A DNA stretch of 62,525 nt, the filler included, from Choristocarpus tenellus KU-1152 (Eukaryota; Protista; Phaeophyceae): NCBI GenBank assembly GCA_964200185.2. It is 9 parts of 9 records of this genome, joined end to end, with 100 filler letters (N's around TTAATTAATTAA, not from the genome) between each part and the next. Parts side by side here need not be neighbours in the genome. Positions count along the whole stretch, not along the records: positions 47,379 to 51,073 come from CAXNAD020018458.1; positions 51,174 to 55,688 come from CAXNAD020014207.1; positions 55,789 to 59,727 come from CAXNAD020017037.1; positions 59,828 to 62,525 come from CAXNAD020025548.1; 5 more parts are not named here. One strand, given 5' to 3'. The position numbers and the translations under genes are program-made. Shown piece by piece: positions 50,301 to 62,490 of the stretch (within the stretch, counting starts at the first letter, position 1; every line of letters begins with the position of its first letter). Under the pieces are notes generated by a model. That model had not been told where the DNA came from, ran no database searches, and saw only the letters and a list, made by a program, of their open reading frames with translations.

Positions 50301-51063
50301 AAAACAAAAACGAGTGAAAGGAAACAGGAAATTTCACGGTCGCCTCTTTGATAGTACCGGATCTTCTCTAATCTTCTCTCAAGTAGTCGTTGCCATCCAC
50401 TCCCGAGACCTCTACAACAACAAAGTTAACATGCCAAGACTCTTACTACAAGAGTTTTGTTACCGGATGACGCAATTGCTACATTCGAAAGGACGAATAT
50501 GCAGTACACAGTCCCGAAGGTGTCACGGCTCACCCTTCCTCCTGACACCTCTTCGAAGCATCATTGACCATGCCCTCCTCCTTGTGTATCATACAGAACC
50601 GGCTAACTCCTGATCCTGCCACACCCCATTTGGCCACCCTGCGACACCCTTCTCTCTCACACTTTGCCGACATCTTCCTAGAAGGGGTCTTAGCCCGCCC
50701 CGCATCTGTCTCCATTGCCAACACTGCCCCCCCAACATCCCCTGAAGTCGTTACGACAGCACCACCATCCCTTCCCCATCCGACATTCTCAGCCGACCCC
50801 CGAACACCACCTGAGCTTATCGCGCTATCAGACACTGATACTGCCCCAGTCATGTTTGTACTGGTAACTCCGCCCTGGTCGGCTACCGACATTAGCGGGA
50901 GGGTGGGGTTGTGAGACAGCCCTGAGGTGGCCAGGGAGCGCACAGGAACAGGGGGGGGCAGGAGAGGGAGAGGGAGGACGGGAAGGGGCAGGCTGGTTGT
51001 CGGAGTAAGTGGCTGTAGGGGCTGGAGTTGTTGTGACTGGGGAGCAGCAGCACCTTCGGACAA
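47379..51063 (-). CDS. EsV-1-7 cysteine-rich repeat protein, partial (3 exons seen)
   Basis: Exons ~51063-50534, 50136-49989 and 47447-47379 splice in phase (GT-AG) to ..KCEREGCRRVAKWGVAGSGVSRFCMIHKEEGMVNDASKRCQEEG|CKRFPSFAWSPGDKGLSCGRHKDKDMVYAKKKTNCNFSNCQRHACFGNE|GDEKASFCKAHKEKNMNNIVSPR, i.e. tandem CxxxxC..FG..FCxxHK.xGMV repeats after a P/S/G-rich linker. Confidence 0.85.
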
Positions 51064-51073
51064 GAGGAGAAAG

Positions 51074-51173
51074 NNNNNNNNNNNNNNNNNNNNNNNNNNN
51101 NNNNNNNNNNNNNNNNNTTAATTAATTAANNNNNNNNNNNNNNNNNNNNNNNNNNNNNNNNNNNNNNNNNNNN
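51074..51173. other. Artificial contig linker
   Basis: N44-TTAATTAATTAA-N44. Confidence 0.98.
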
Positions 51174-51658
51174 TGAATTCTATGTGACAACATTGGGTGT
51201 AATGCCATTAACCTTCATCTCCCTTAATAGGGACAAAGGCAATTTCCCATTGACCTTCTTTATCACCTGCTGTGATGCATGCAGTGTAAGTGATGACATT
51301 GGGAGCAATACCTGCAGCCCTCATCTCCATGAGCAGGGATATTGCAGCCTCCTACTGCCCTGCATTGGTAAATGCTGTGAGGCATAAATTATATGTGATG
51401 ACATTGGGGTCAATGCCTTCAGCCTTCATCTCCCTCAGCAGGGAAAGGGCAACCTCCCACTTACTCCCGTTGTCACACGCTTTGATGCATGAATTACATA
51501 TGATCTAATTGTGGGCAATGATGTTAACCCTCATCTGCATCAGCAGGGACAATACAGTCTCCCAAAGGCCCCTGTTTCCATACGTTTTGATGCACGCACT
51601 GTATGTAACGACATTGGGGGCAATACCCTCCACTTTCATCTCCTTAATCAGGGATAGT

Positions 51659-52173
51659 GAGTGAAATTATCTTAGAGGGCACGAGTTTTGTCCTGTTTGT
51701 CTGTTTGGGGCTTCGGTTCCCACGGGTTTTTAATGACATTTTCATACTCCGAAATGAGTAAAAGTATCTTAGAGAGTAGGAGTTTTGCCCTGTTTGTCCA
51801 TTTGGGGCTTGACTTCCCATAGGTTTTATAATGACATTTTCCTACTCCAAAATGTTTCGGAGTAGGTAAAATGTGTGCGTTATGACAAGGTGTATCCGGA
51901 ACACGGATATTGACACTTCCTAACAAACACGATAGCCAGAATTACATCAACATCGCAACATTGGATTGTGCACCCAAATGGACGCGGCCCTACCCCCAAA
52001 GATACTTTGGCTCAATGGTTCATAGGGGGTAAAATGTGTACGTTATGAAAGCTTGTGTATGGAACAAGGATATCGACACTTCGTAACAAATACCATAGCC
52101 AAAATTACATCAAAATCGCAACATTGGATTTTGCCAAATGGACGCAGCTCTACCCTCTAAGATAATTTGACTC
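51659..52173 (+). mobile_element. MITE family A (outer copy, TSD AGT) containing a nested family A copy
   Basis: GAGTGAAATTATCTTAGAGGG ... CTCTAAGATAATTTGACTC flanked by AGT; removal restores the PPR frame HWEGALSLIKEMK. Confidence 0.92.
51756..52013 (+). mobile_element. MITE family A (inner nested copy, TSD AAT)
   Basis: GAGTAAAAGTATCTTAG ... AAGATACTTTGGCTC flanked by AAT; the outer element resumes colinearly after it. Confidence 0.92.
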
Positions 52174-54094
52174 AGTGCACCTTCCCAGTGCCCTGCGTTG
52201 CCAAATGCTGTGATACATGCGCTGTAGGTGATGACATGAGGGGCAACACCCTCAGCTTTCATCGCCCTAAACAGAGAAAGTGAAGCCTACCACCGTCCTG
52301 CAATGCCAAATGCAGTGGTGCATGAGCTGTAGGTGATGACACCCTTAGCCCTCATCTCCTTCAACAGGGACAGGGCCACCTTCCACTTTTCAGCACTGCC
52401 GCTTACTTCGATACATGGATTGTACGTGATGATATCAGGGGATACATTAGTAGCCTTTATCTCCTTCAACAGGGATATGGCTACCTACCGTTGATCACCA
52501 CTACCGAATGCTGTGATGCATGCACCATAAGCGATGACATTGGGGATAATGCCATTTGCCTTCATCTCCTTAAGCAAGGACAGGGATGCCTCCCACTTTC
52601 CCGCACTGCCACTTGCTGGGATGCATGAATTGTGTGCAATTTACCTTGGAAGGTAATGCTATTTATCTGTAGTGAAGACAAGAACGTGTGAAGCCTCACA
52701 CGGTTCCCCATTGCTGAACGTGATTACATGGTTGAAATTAGAAGAGTGACTTTGTGGGGTGTCTTCTCATTGCTTATTTTATTATTATTTGTGCTTCCTA
52801 CCTAAGTCAACGGTTATGTCAAAGTAGTTGAATGCAGAATAATAGCCAATACCCAATCCCGTTCATAATCTAGATGTACTATCTCATTAGTTACATCTCT
52901 CATACAAAAAATAAGGTACACCTCACTATTGTCCTATTTGCACAAATTGTACGTCATAAGATTCGGGGAGACACCGTCAACTTTCTTTTCCCTTAGCAGA
53001 GAAAGTGCAGCCTCCCACGCACCCACCCTGCCACTTGTATTGATGCATGAAGTGTACGTTACTACAGTGGGGGCAATGCCTTTGGTCTTCATCTCCTCAA
53101 ATAGGGACAGAGCCACCTCCCACCTCCCCGGATTGCCACATGCAGTAATGCACACATTATACGTGATGGCACTGGGGGTGCATTATATGTGACGATAGTG
53201 GGGGCAATGCCCTCAGTCTTCATCTCCTCCAACAGGGACAAGGCGAATTTCCACGGTGTGTCGCCGTACTGTGTTGTGACCAACTATGCGCCGTCCTTGG
53301 AGGTACACTTTACCCCTTTCATAGCGTTTGACATGGCACTGACGCATTGGGTATACATCCTCGTATTGACAGGTAAACCACAGATCTTGGCCTCTTCCAA
53401 ACGTGGAATGACCTCTTGCCACTGACGTGTTTGCTCCAGCTACTTGATACCCTCATGAACCTTAATTAGGCGGTCTCTTGTCGAAATAATCCTCTACCAT
53501 GGCTAGCCTGCTCCCCCTTCCTCTGTTTGCACTTCTTAGGACCATCTTCCACCCTAAGCACATATCTTCTTGGGGTGGGCAGTGACTCCCTGAAATCTTC
53601 CCCCAAGCTATTACTTTTTGTTTGTTGGACATGTTTGTTGAAGGGAATGAATTGTGACTTGAACTCGAGAAAGAGGCGCCAAGGTCATCACAGGCAAGAA
53701 CTTCGTTGCAAATCCATGATCTGGAGTCGAGTACTTCACAGTATTGAATACATTCCTTGTTAATTAGGATTCGACTGACCAAACATTAGCCTCGCCCAAA
53801 CATGGAAAACATTGACTGCTTTGCCCACATGTAACTCCTCCCTTGAGACAGGCGGAGCTAATATTTGGGTGAAATCGTCGTGTATTTTGTAACAGTAGTT
53901 AGTAGAAAGTAGTTTGTTGTAGAGTTGATGAGGTGTTGCGACATATGCGCCTCCGGAGTTGCATTTAAACTCAATACAAAAAATAGTTGTAGTAGTAGTA
54001 GTAGTAGTAATACAAGACATACTTTTTATTGTTGGTGAACAGAGATACCAGCCAAAGGTTGAGTTAAACAACGCGTGAGTGACTAGAGCATCAC

Positions 54095-55072
54095 ATGACC
54101 AACCTACGAGGGATCGGTCGTCCACCATTTTCCCTTGGGTGGGTAGTTCCACCCTTGTCGCCTCCTGCAGGTCTGTCGGGGGCTGTACTAGGTCAACAAT
54201 CAATTACCTGCAGGAGTGACTCCTACATAATACAGGCTCGACATGTTGGGTGTCCACAGAAGCGTCCTCTTTTTGCCACTAGTGAATCCGCTGTTGATAT
54301 CACAGACCAGAAAGATGGAAATGGACCTAGGAGAGCCAAGCTTGGTGTGGTGAGGAAGGCTGAGGCGAAAAGGCCCGTGAGAGATGACAGTGATACAAAG
54401 TTTGGAACTGCCAGGGCGAAGTATATTGAAAGGATGAAGGTGCTGGGTCGGCAGAGGAACTGGGAGGATGTCCTACAAACTCTCGACCATATGTCTGAGG
54501 AAGGGATTCCACCGGTGAGAACCTTTCGACATACTGTGCCGTGTGTTCGATGTGGTGGCCTGATGTGAGGCTAGGGTGGCATCGTCAGATAGTCATTGCA
54601 TTGCTGCTTTCGTACTGCTCTCTTTCCGTAGAAGATCAGAACCACGATGTTGTGTGGGCTAACACCCCGAAATTTCTTCGCAACCCTCTGTTACCAACGT
54701 TGCGCCTTCTTCTCGCACTATCGTACCTTCTTACTGTTAGATGCTTTTTCTTTCTTCAAATGGATTAGTTAGTGGCTTCACCATTTACGCGTCTTGTATC
54801 CCCGACTCCCATTGTTTGCACTGTGTTGATACTATGCCACGCAATTGTTGATCCCCTTCGATTAATGAATGAATGTTTCGAATTAATCTATCTACACATT
54901 GAAGGACGATTATGTGTACGGGACAGCTATCACAGCGCTTGGGAGTTGCAACAGATTGGAAGAAGCCATATCATTGTTGGATCGTGTCAGGGCAATGGAA
55001 CCGTCAGGTAGCACAGCTGGAGCTGCCCACGGAGAATACTGCTACACTGCAGCAATAATGGCCTGCGGACAT
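54095..55072 (+). CDS. PPR protein, 5' part (exons 54095-54514 and 54905-55072), 3' partial
   Basis: In-phase GT-AG splice gives ..MKVLGRQRNWEDVLQTLDHMSEEGIPP|DDYVYGTAITALGSCNRLEEAISLLDRVRAM..YCYTAAIMACGH with no stops; start codon uncertain. Confidence 0.78.
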
Positions 55073-55688
55073 GTGCGGACCTCTCTATCCCAAGCCTAGA
55101 ACTTTCAGTTATATAATCTGATCCAAACTAGAGTAGGATAGTTTTTGTAGTGCCACCGATATTATGAATATCCGATGTAATCCTTAGATGCATAAATTAG
55201 ATGAATAACTTGCCGACTGAATGGGAAGACAGTGCAGAAGTTCTCACCATGGCGCCAAGTTTGGCTGTGGACATTTACATCTACCACCATACATGTCTCC
55301 TATGGTCCTGTTCTCAGGAACACCTCGCTCTCTGTTTCAATTTTTGTTGCTACGCTTACATAATGCTGTTGTATTGATATTGAAAGTGGCTTGCGCCTCA
55401 TGAGGGTCGCGAGTTTGCACTGAGAGGCATGTCATAAGACAGGTGTGAGGTGAGCAGTTTTTGTTTTTTAAATACCTTTTTTCTTGTATTGCAGAATAGA
55501 CCTCACCTACAGATGACCATTGCCGACTGCACTGGTAATGATACCGTGGTGCGGTCTGATGCCGTAGATCAGCTAGATTGACAAGGAGGCAAAGCAGAGC
55601 CAGGTGTGGTCAAGGATTGGTGAAAGTTATTGAGTACATGGACATATTTCCCCTTCCATCATTCATCCACCCCCCCCCCCCCCCCCAC

Positions 55689-55788
55689 NNNNNNNNNNNN
55701 NNNNNNNNNNNNNNNNNNNNNNNNNNNNNNNNTTAATTAATTAANNNNNNNNNNNNNNNNNNNNNNNNNNNNNNNNNNNNNNNNNNNN
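55689..55788. other. Artificial contig linker
   Basis: N44-TTAATTAATTAA-N44. Confidence 0.98.
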
Positions 55789-58700
55789 AATCGGTACCAC
55801 GGTATAACGGTATATGTCATACGGCAATAACGGTATAATAACAGACAAACATGCTTTCCACAATGTGTATAGTTTTCATTGGTTTCCCCCCTGACACACC
55901 TACCTGGAATAATATGTCAGAGGGTATAATAATAAAAATAATGAGTGTTTGTGTTGTATGTCGATATGTTTAGAAATCCTAAAATGGGACATGTTTCTGG
56001 GATATATTTTACATTTAAATTGAATTTGAACCAAAGTTTGAGTTTGAAGTACTTTTTTGGTTGTCAACGTAATAAAATAATTTTCAGTGTTAGGTCTCAC
56101 CCTCTTCCAAGTATTTCAACTTTCAACTCAACAGTGGTTGATCACCATGGTTTCCTCTTCTCAGGAATCCTGGCGAAAGGAGTGTGTCACGAGATACAAC
56201 TGGCGATGCCTAAGGATGGTTTCCATCTCTGGCTTATTTGTTCCAGTATTATTTGTCGATGGCAGCCCATTACCTCTCCCTGTTGATGTGAATCAGGTAG
56301 TCCTGAGAGATGTGGAGTATTTGGTGGGGGAGTAGATGGTCTCTAGCACCTTGGTGCTTGATCTGACCTTGGTTGCAAGGTAACGCGTCGCCGTGCTGGT
56401 GGAATAACCGTGCATAGCACCGGAATTTAGGCTTTTAAGGTGTTAGGGGCAAGTATAGTGAGTTGCTGGAAAGGTAGTAGTCAATGCATTGTGCAGAAGA
56501 TATCCTCGTCATCCACGAGGTGGACCAAGAAGTTGATCTCTAGGGAATTCAAAGTTCACTGAGAGCAGATTCATTGGTTTCGGGGCTTCTCCTGCCTTCT
56601 TTCCTCTCGGACACGTCCATGACGTGGTCTTCATTGTCGAATGTCGATGACAGTGTCTGCAATTTTATTGTGCAACGTTCAAGGAAAGACCTCTACTTAC
56701 TAGTACTTTTCCACTCTTGCGCAATGTAAAAACCATGCTCTTCCAATGGGTAGTGCATTATGACCGCGCGAGAAGCGGGCTCTGCAGAGGCTGGGTTCGT
56801 AGGTGTCAAGGGTCTCAAGGGCAGGGTGCTGGATTTGAAGTGCCTACACCAGGTTAGGGCACGAGTGTTGTAGGATTTACTGTTCACTAACTCTTTCCTA
56901 CTCGTTCACAAGATATTTTTTTTCGCAACTAGAGGGCCCAAACTTCATACCGACTCTTCTTTGTCTCACCCTCGCCTTGTACTTGCTACAACCTGCCTCC
57001 ATTTACCATAATCCCCAGTCCACTCTGCCCTCACTCCATATCTAGACTACTGTACACCAATTCCACCCTCTGGCATATGGAAGCTGTCACATTTTCCACT
57101 CTAGTACAGTGAGGGCACCTTGGTTGGGCCTTGTAGGCATGAGGGGTTCATTAACCTTTTGCCCAGCAGTGTGCATGTCCTCAACCACAGAGTTCCACAA
57201 CTAAACATGGATCTGAAGCTCTTCATGGTACCCAATGATAGTAGTATGTATTTTCTACTATTGCTCTGTTCAAGCCTGCAAAAGCTTACATACACTGTCT
57301 ACAACCCCTCAATACAGAGAACACCAACTTGTGGATGCTCCCCTCACAATGTTGAACCTGGTTTGATTTTGCACTGACAATGCCCTGTGCACGCTTGTAT
57401 ACACACTCATCCTGCCTATTTATCGCATTTTGCCAGCCCCCTGGGTACCAGTAACCCCTACAATCCCTTTTTTCTGTGTGCAGATCATGCCTGAACAGGG
57501 TTCAAGAGGACTCCATGCACGATTCTCGCTCAGCTCTCCATCCTTTTCTTGTGACGTAGACAAGCTCGAGCGAACTATTTGCAAGGGTAGCATTGGGAAC
57601 ACGGTAGGTGGTTGGTTGGTTGGGCACCTTTGACTGTAGGGTTGTGTTCTTGCAGGTGTTTTCGTTTGAGATGTTGTGATTGGTGATGGCAAGGGTTTGG
57701 CTTACATGTGCAAGGTGGACGGCAGAAAGTGTACAATGCACGCTATACTAACGTATATACGTAAGAGGTTGCAGTGATGTACAAAGTGCCTTTCATTGAA
57801 GAGAGTGCTCTCTTATGCACTTCTAAGCATGTGCTTAGCCTTGATGACTGGATAAACCAATCCAACGATCACTATTTTTTTGTATACACTTCTAGTGATG
57901 GGTATTGTTACTATAATGGCAGGCAGTGCATTAATGCAGAGGAAGCTCTTTCTCAGCTGCAATACTCTGTGATGCTCAATTACGTCGTAGTGTTGGTGCA
58001 GTTGTGACTTTTTGATAATGTGCTCAAATCTGCTGGGGCAAGCCTTGGCTAGTAAAGGACAAAGAGGGGCAGGATATATGGCGAAGGTGTGTGCCTGTAT
58101 GCAGCTGTGTGTCTGCCAGAAGTTACAGAGGCGTGTACATACAGCAATGCACTGGTCCCTAGGGTTACCCCTCACAATATAATACATGGCAAGCAGGATC
58201 ATGGGTCTGAACGTCGGAATAGACGTGACCTGGTTCATACCCCTTGATCAGCATTGCTCATATTTTACTTTGCACTCCACAATAGAGAGGGTGAGGTCAG
58301 GTTGAAAGGTCTGGGTGCTGATCAGGGAGGCATTCTAATGGATTGGTCTCCTGAAAGGGGCACTATTCTAGAAATACCCTTTCCCCACCCCCCCCCCCCA
58401 TCGCGGATTGTCTCCTCTTCTCATTACTTGTTCCTTTTGCCTCCCTCCCAGGTTGTACAGGGGGTATTCAGCAGGGAGGGAAGGTGGCAAGAGTATGGAA
58501 CCTGGCAGTATCGAATGCAGCCGTGGCTCAGGAGCCGTTGTGGATTGCATTCGGACCTGGGCCTGGCAAGGCAGTGCGAGCAAGCCTTCCAATCCTTTCA
58601 GGCACAGCTCCTGTTCCACTTCCCTTCCCCTCATCCCCTACCCTGGGGCGTTTTTTTTTTGTGAAGAGTGTGCCTGGTTTGATGATGTGGTCCGATGCCA

Positions 58701-59642
58701 CTCGCCAGCCTGGTCCTTGAGAGAATGCGGTACCCAATCTTGTCTTGGTTGTGAATAGTTTTTTACTAGGTTGATATATATATATATGTATATACATGAA
58801 TATTAAAAAAAAGTATGTATACTCCATATTAGTGCTCCGTAGCGAAGTAGTGAGCTAGTTCTATGGATGAATCCTAGATTCATTTTGATGTACTCCGTAG
58901 TGAAGTAGTGAGTAGTGAGCTAATTCTACAGCTGAATACTAGATTCATTTTGATGTACTCCGCCCCCAGAGCGTTTGATATTTTAGTCGATCCTTGAGTA
59001 TTTATAGCTCATCCATTCGTATGTAAGGTAGATGCTGCTGTGGAAATTCAATTTCCTAGCTTGCAGTTTCAGTCCCTCTAGCATTCGCTTTTTTTATGTG
59101 GGGTTCATTCTGCGCACTCTGCCTTGACTGCCCAGGTTACTATTACATATAGTGAGGCTATGAAAACCGGCCGATAAACCAGAGATGTCAGGAATCTTGA
59201 TTTTACTCCTTCTAGATCTCCTGTAATGGTAGACTTCCTTCTCGCCTTTTTCTGCTCCTCGATTTTTGGAGGCGTTTCTTTACGTTCAACTATTGTTGCT
59301 CAGTTGAAAGCGGATACGTAGCACTTATGTACATATTTTCAGTGTGATTTAAACTCTTTTGTGTACTGGTGTGGGCTGTGCATGTGATGTAGAGGGTCAG
59401 GCTGTGGCGAGTGAATATTTTATGTTAATAAATACATGTTGATAAATATATGTTGATAGATATATGTTAATACTCTGGAGTACAGCGGGGCAGTACAGTA
59501 CATGGTTATGTACGTACTTTGAGGTATATGTATTGAGGTACATGTGTACATACTTTTGAAAATGGTCAGTATTTTTTTTGTGACCCTTTTTATTTTTTTC
59601 AATTTTCCCTTTTTTTCCTTTGTCCTCATTTTTACACGACAG

Positions 59643-59727
59643 TACTATGCCCCAACGCTGGAGGGGAGTAAGGCAGATCAGTGGAGGACTGAGCTCGTGA
59701 GGTGGGTGGACCTCGACGAGGAAGATG
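59643..59727 (+). CDS. Probable coding exon of an unidentified gene (truncated by contig end)
   Basis: Pyrimidine tract plus CAG acceptor, then a GC-rich open frame YYAPTLEGSKADQWRTELVRWVDLDEED; a possible upstream exon lies at 58452-58601. Confidence 0.4.
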
Positions 59728-59827
59728 NNNNNNNNNNNNNNNNNNNNNNNNNNNNNNNNNNNNNNNNNNNNTTAATTAATTAANNNNNNNNNNNNNNNNN
59801 NNNNNNNNNNNNNNNNNNNNNNNNNNN
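59728..59827. other. Artificial contig linker
   Basis: N44-TTAATTAATTAA-N44. Confidence 0.98.
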
Positions 59828-59886
59828 CTGAACAACCATCCTCATAGTCCCGCTCCATCCTCAATTTTGCGAATCCCCTGTTAAAT

Positions 59887-60030
59887 GGGGAATATCAATT
59901 TTGCGTACGCTGTTGTCCACACAAAGCAATGATAAAGAGTGTATTTGTACAGGGTAAGAAAGATGACTTAGACTGCTTAAGGGTCCAAACCTGCCCACCT
60001 CTACACTGGTTTGGCTCCATGGGGTTGTAC
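59887..60030 (+). repeat. Diverged dispersed repeat (family C), homologous to 1959-2100
   Basis: Colinear alignment by eye. Confidence 0.7.
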
Positions 60031-60381
60031 GCGTTTTGTGGTAGACGAAAGCACATTGAATTTCTGTCGGAAGATTGTTCTCGTAACTCAGAGCCGTGTG
60101 TGATGTGAAATGTAAATCTTTAGGTTAACTAAAAATGGAAAAAAAAAACCTAACTTGCGGACTCCTTCTTGTCAAAAACTGGGACTAGTATGGCAAACTG
60201 TAGTTGACTAATGGCGGACGAAACATGACGAAATACTCCAGACATTCTTCTTCTATTGAACTAGATTAACTGCAACTAGTTCAAAAGGTTGTGTGCGGCA
60301 GGAATGTGCCCCACAGGTAATTTGGGTCCCCGATGAGCAGTTTTCCGTTTCTGGTCAAAATGGCAACGGTCATACCAATCA

Positions 60382-60559
60382 GGGTCAAAGTATCTGGGGG
60401 GGGGTGGCGACTGTCCATTTGGGGCCCATTTTTCCATGTCACTATTTTGGGTGATTTGGTTGCATGCATCGGATGGGTAATGCAAGTGCACTTCTCCTGG
60501 TCCGGGCTCGAATGGACACCCTGGTGTAGACCCCCTCCCACCCCCAGGCACTTTGAGCC
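60382..60559 (-). mobile_element. MITE family B, full copy, TSD ATCA
   Basis: GGGTCAAAGTATCTGGGGG ... CCCCCAGGCACTTTGAGCC flanked by ATCA at 60378-60381 and 60560-60563. Confidence 0.9.
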
Positions 60560-61229
60560 ATCATTAACATTTTTATTAATAGTACCCCAAAAACGATCTT
60601 GCACCTTTGTGAAGTGTATGTATGGGTTTTACCCAAATGTCCTCTGGGGATTATCGTAAGGTGCATGTAATACCAAGTGTTGTAACAGCTCGGCACCATT
60701 ACTCTGCTGCGGAAACTGGGATGTTTTTCGAATATGACTGGGGAAATATGACATTGAACACATCTGCAAAATGTCGGAGCGCATAATAATATAATACATT
60801 GAAGGCCAAAAATAAAAATATGATCAAGACAGGGAAAAATAGTCACTTACGCTCGTAATAATATCGGGGTCGCTATCTACAGCTGAAAGTTGGGTAAGTT
60901 TATCTGGGTAAACTTCATAATCACACGGAGACTTGGGATAATTGTAAATATACTAATACGCCCTATAACATTTTACAGATTTGTAAGGGGAAGAGCTAAA
61001 CAAAAATAACAACCTTTGTAAGAGCAACAATTGTTGTTAATGTCAAAGATACCTCATCATCGTAAAGTGATCCACTAGAACATTCCGCCAAATAGGGGCT
61101 AAGGCAGAATGAGGCATGAAATTACACCTTCAAATTTAAGCGAACAATACAAGGCACCCGGAACCACCTATTCATTGCCGATGGTCTGCAGCACAGTATA
61201 TATACATTGCAAAGAAATAGCCCAATCAG

Positions 61230-62260
61230 TGTCTAAGCGTGTTCAACGTACCTATATTGCATGGAATACAAGTAGTGGTGAGCTGTATAAGTAGTATCCA
61301 CTGTAAAGTGCTTTCCCCGAAGATAAGCTCCCAGGTGACCAATGGGCAAAACAACATCTGTAAGCACTCTTAAAAACAGTAACTGAATATTGTTGCTGAG
61401 ACTTGTCAAGTTATTACTAAAATATGTCCCAGTTAGTAGACGTAAAATGTTGGGATCAACAGAACCCTTGGGCGAGAAAAGCGCCAACCCCAAAACCGCT
61501 TCCATTAACACCATACATCACATTACTCTCCGCAAAAATCTAGAAAGTGCAGAGTAGGAGGCGTGTTGTAGGTAACGTGTTAAGTCGCTCAAAAGCTGGA
61601 TCTTGGTCTCCTTGACAAGATTTCTCAAAAACAATATTTAAAAAGATGTTTGATACACTCTTTTTGAGTAAATATTATATTTGCTCGATCACTTAGGTAA
61701 AGTTTGATATGAACTTACAAACAACATTGGTACGCCCATACCAAGCCAACTTCTGTAATAATAGTGCGAGGTTAAGGAATTGTATTAATAGCATTCATTT
61801 TTCTTCACCCATTCAAATACCAACACTAGAAATTTTATTATTTCAATAGCGAACATTTGCTGGATCAAATTTAACTTTGGATAGTTTCAAGGTCAACCAT
61901 GTTTCTTCAAGTATAGAAAACATGCCCTCAAAAAATTGCGAAGGACGTTCACAGGAAACAGAACATGTAACGAGGTCATCCATACAACAACAGAGAAGTC
62001 CAGAATTACTGCCAAAATCGGATAAGGGGAGGGACAACATGTGCTAAAATAACCAACCGCATTGCTGCTATTATGTCAAATAGGCGTTCGTTTGAAAACA
62101 GTTTTCCCCATATGAGTGACGAATAGTGTTGCCTTCTCAATCCTGCCTAGAGTAACTAGAAGTCGACGGTAAGCATATTGAACATATTCTACGGTTATTC
62201 TGAACTTCGCAGCCCCAATGGAGTCCGGATGTGGCTCAAGATGTGACATAGTATAGGCCA
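61230..62260 (-). pseudogene. Decayed Ty3/Gypsy pol (RT plus RNase H) remnant
   Basis: In order: KATLFVTHMGKTVFKRTP (~KTAFxTxxGxxxFxRMPFG), CCMDDLV (~YxDD), LTLKLSKVKF..VRY, then GAYLRGKHFTVDT..HYLY (RNase H); multiple stops. Confidence 0.7.
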
Positions 62261-62306
62261 AGTATTCCCACTTTTATTGGCAGTAGTAACCTTGTAGTCT
62301 ACACAG

Positions 62307-62490
62307 GCCTCAAAGTATCTGGGGGGGGGGGATGGCAGCTGTCCGTTCGGGGTCCATTTTTCCATGTGTCACGATTTTGGGGTGATTTGGTTGCATGCGT
62401 TGGATGGATAATGTAAGTGCACTTCTCCTGATCAGGGCCTGGATGGACACCTTGGTGTAACTCCCACGCCCCCCCCCGCCCCCCCCCCCC
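62307..62490 (-). mobile_element. MITE family B, one end degenerate
   Basis: GCCTCAAAGTATCTGGGGG plus family B body. Confidence 0.85.

Larger units (their letters stand above)
51174..53500 (-). pseudogene. Pentatricopeptide-repeat (PPR) pseudogene, more than 10 degenerate 35-aa repeats
   Basis: Repeated WEVALSLLxEMKxxGIxPNVITYxxCIxAxG units; several in-frame TAG stops, a frameshift near 53170, a non-coding interruption at ~52650-52930 and a nested MITE insertion. Confidence 0.88.

Noticed and set aside
52287-52500. In-frame TAG codons in PPR repeats as evidence of a reassigned genetic code
   Set aside because: They replace different residues (W, E) and co-occur with frameshifts and insertions; intact genes in the window have no in-frame TAG
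56100-57400. Coding-like decayed sequence, possibly retroelement gag or RNase H
   Set aside because: No diagnostic motif could be read with confidence
58833-58962. Two ~60-bp tandem copies containing a short palindrome (ATGAATCCTAGATTCAT)
   Set aside because: Simple local duplication with no supporting context
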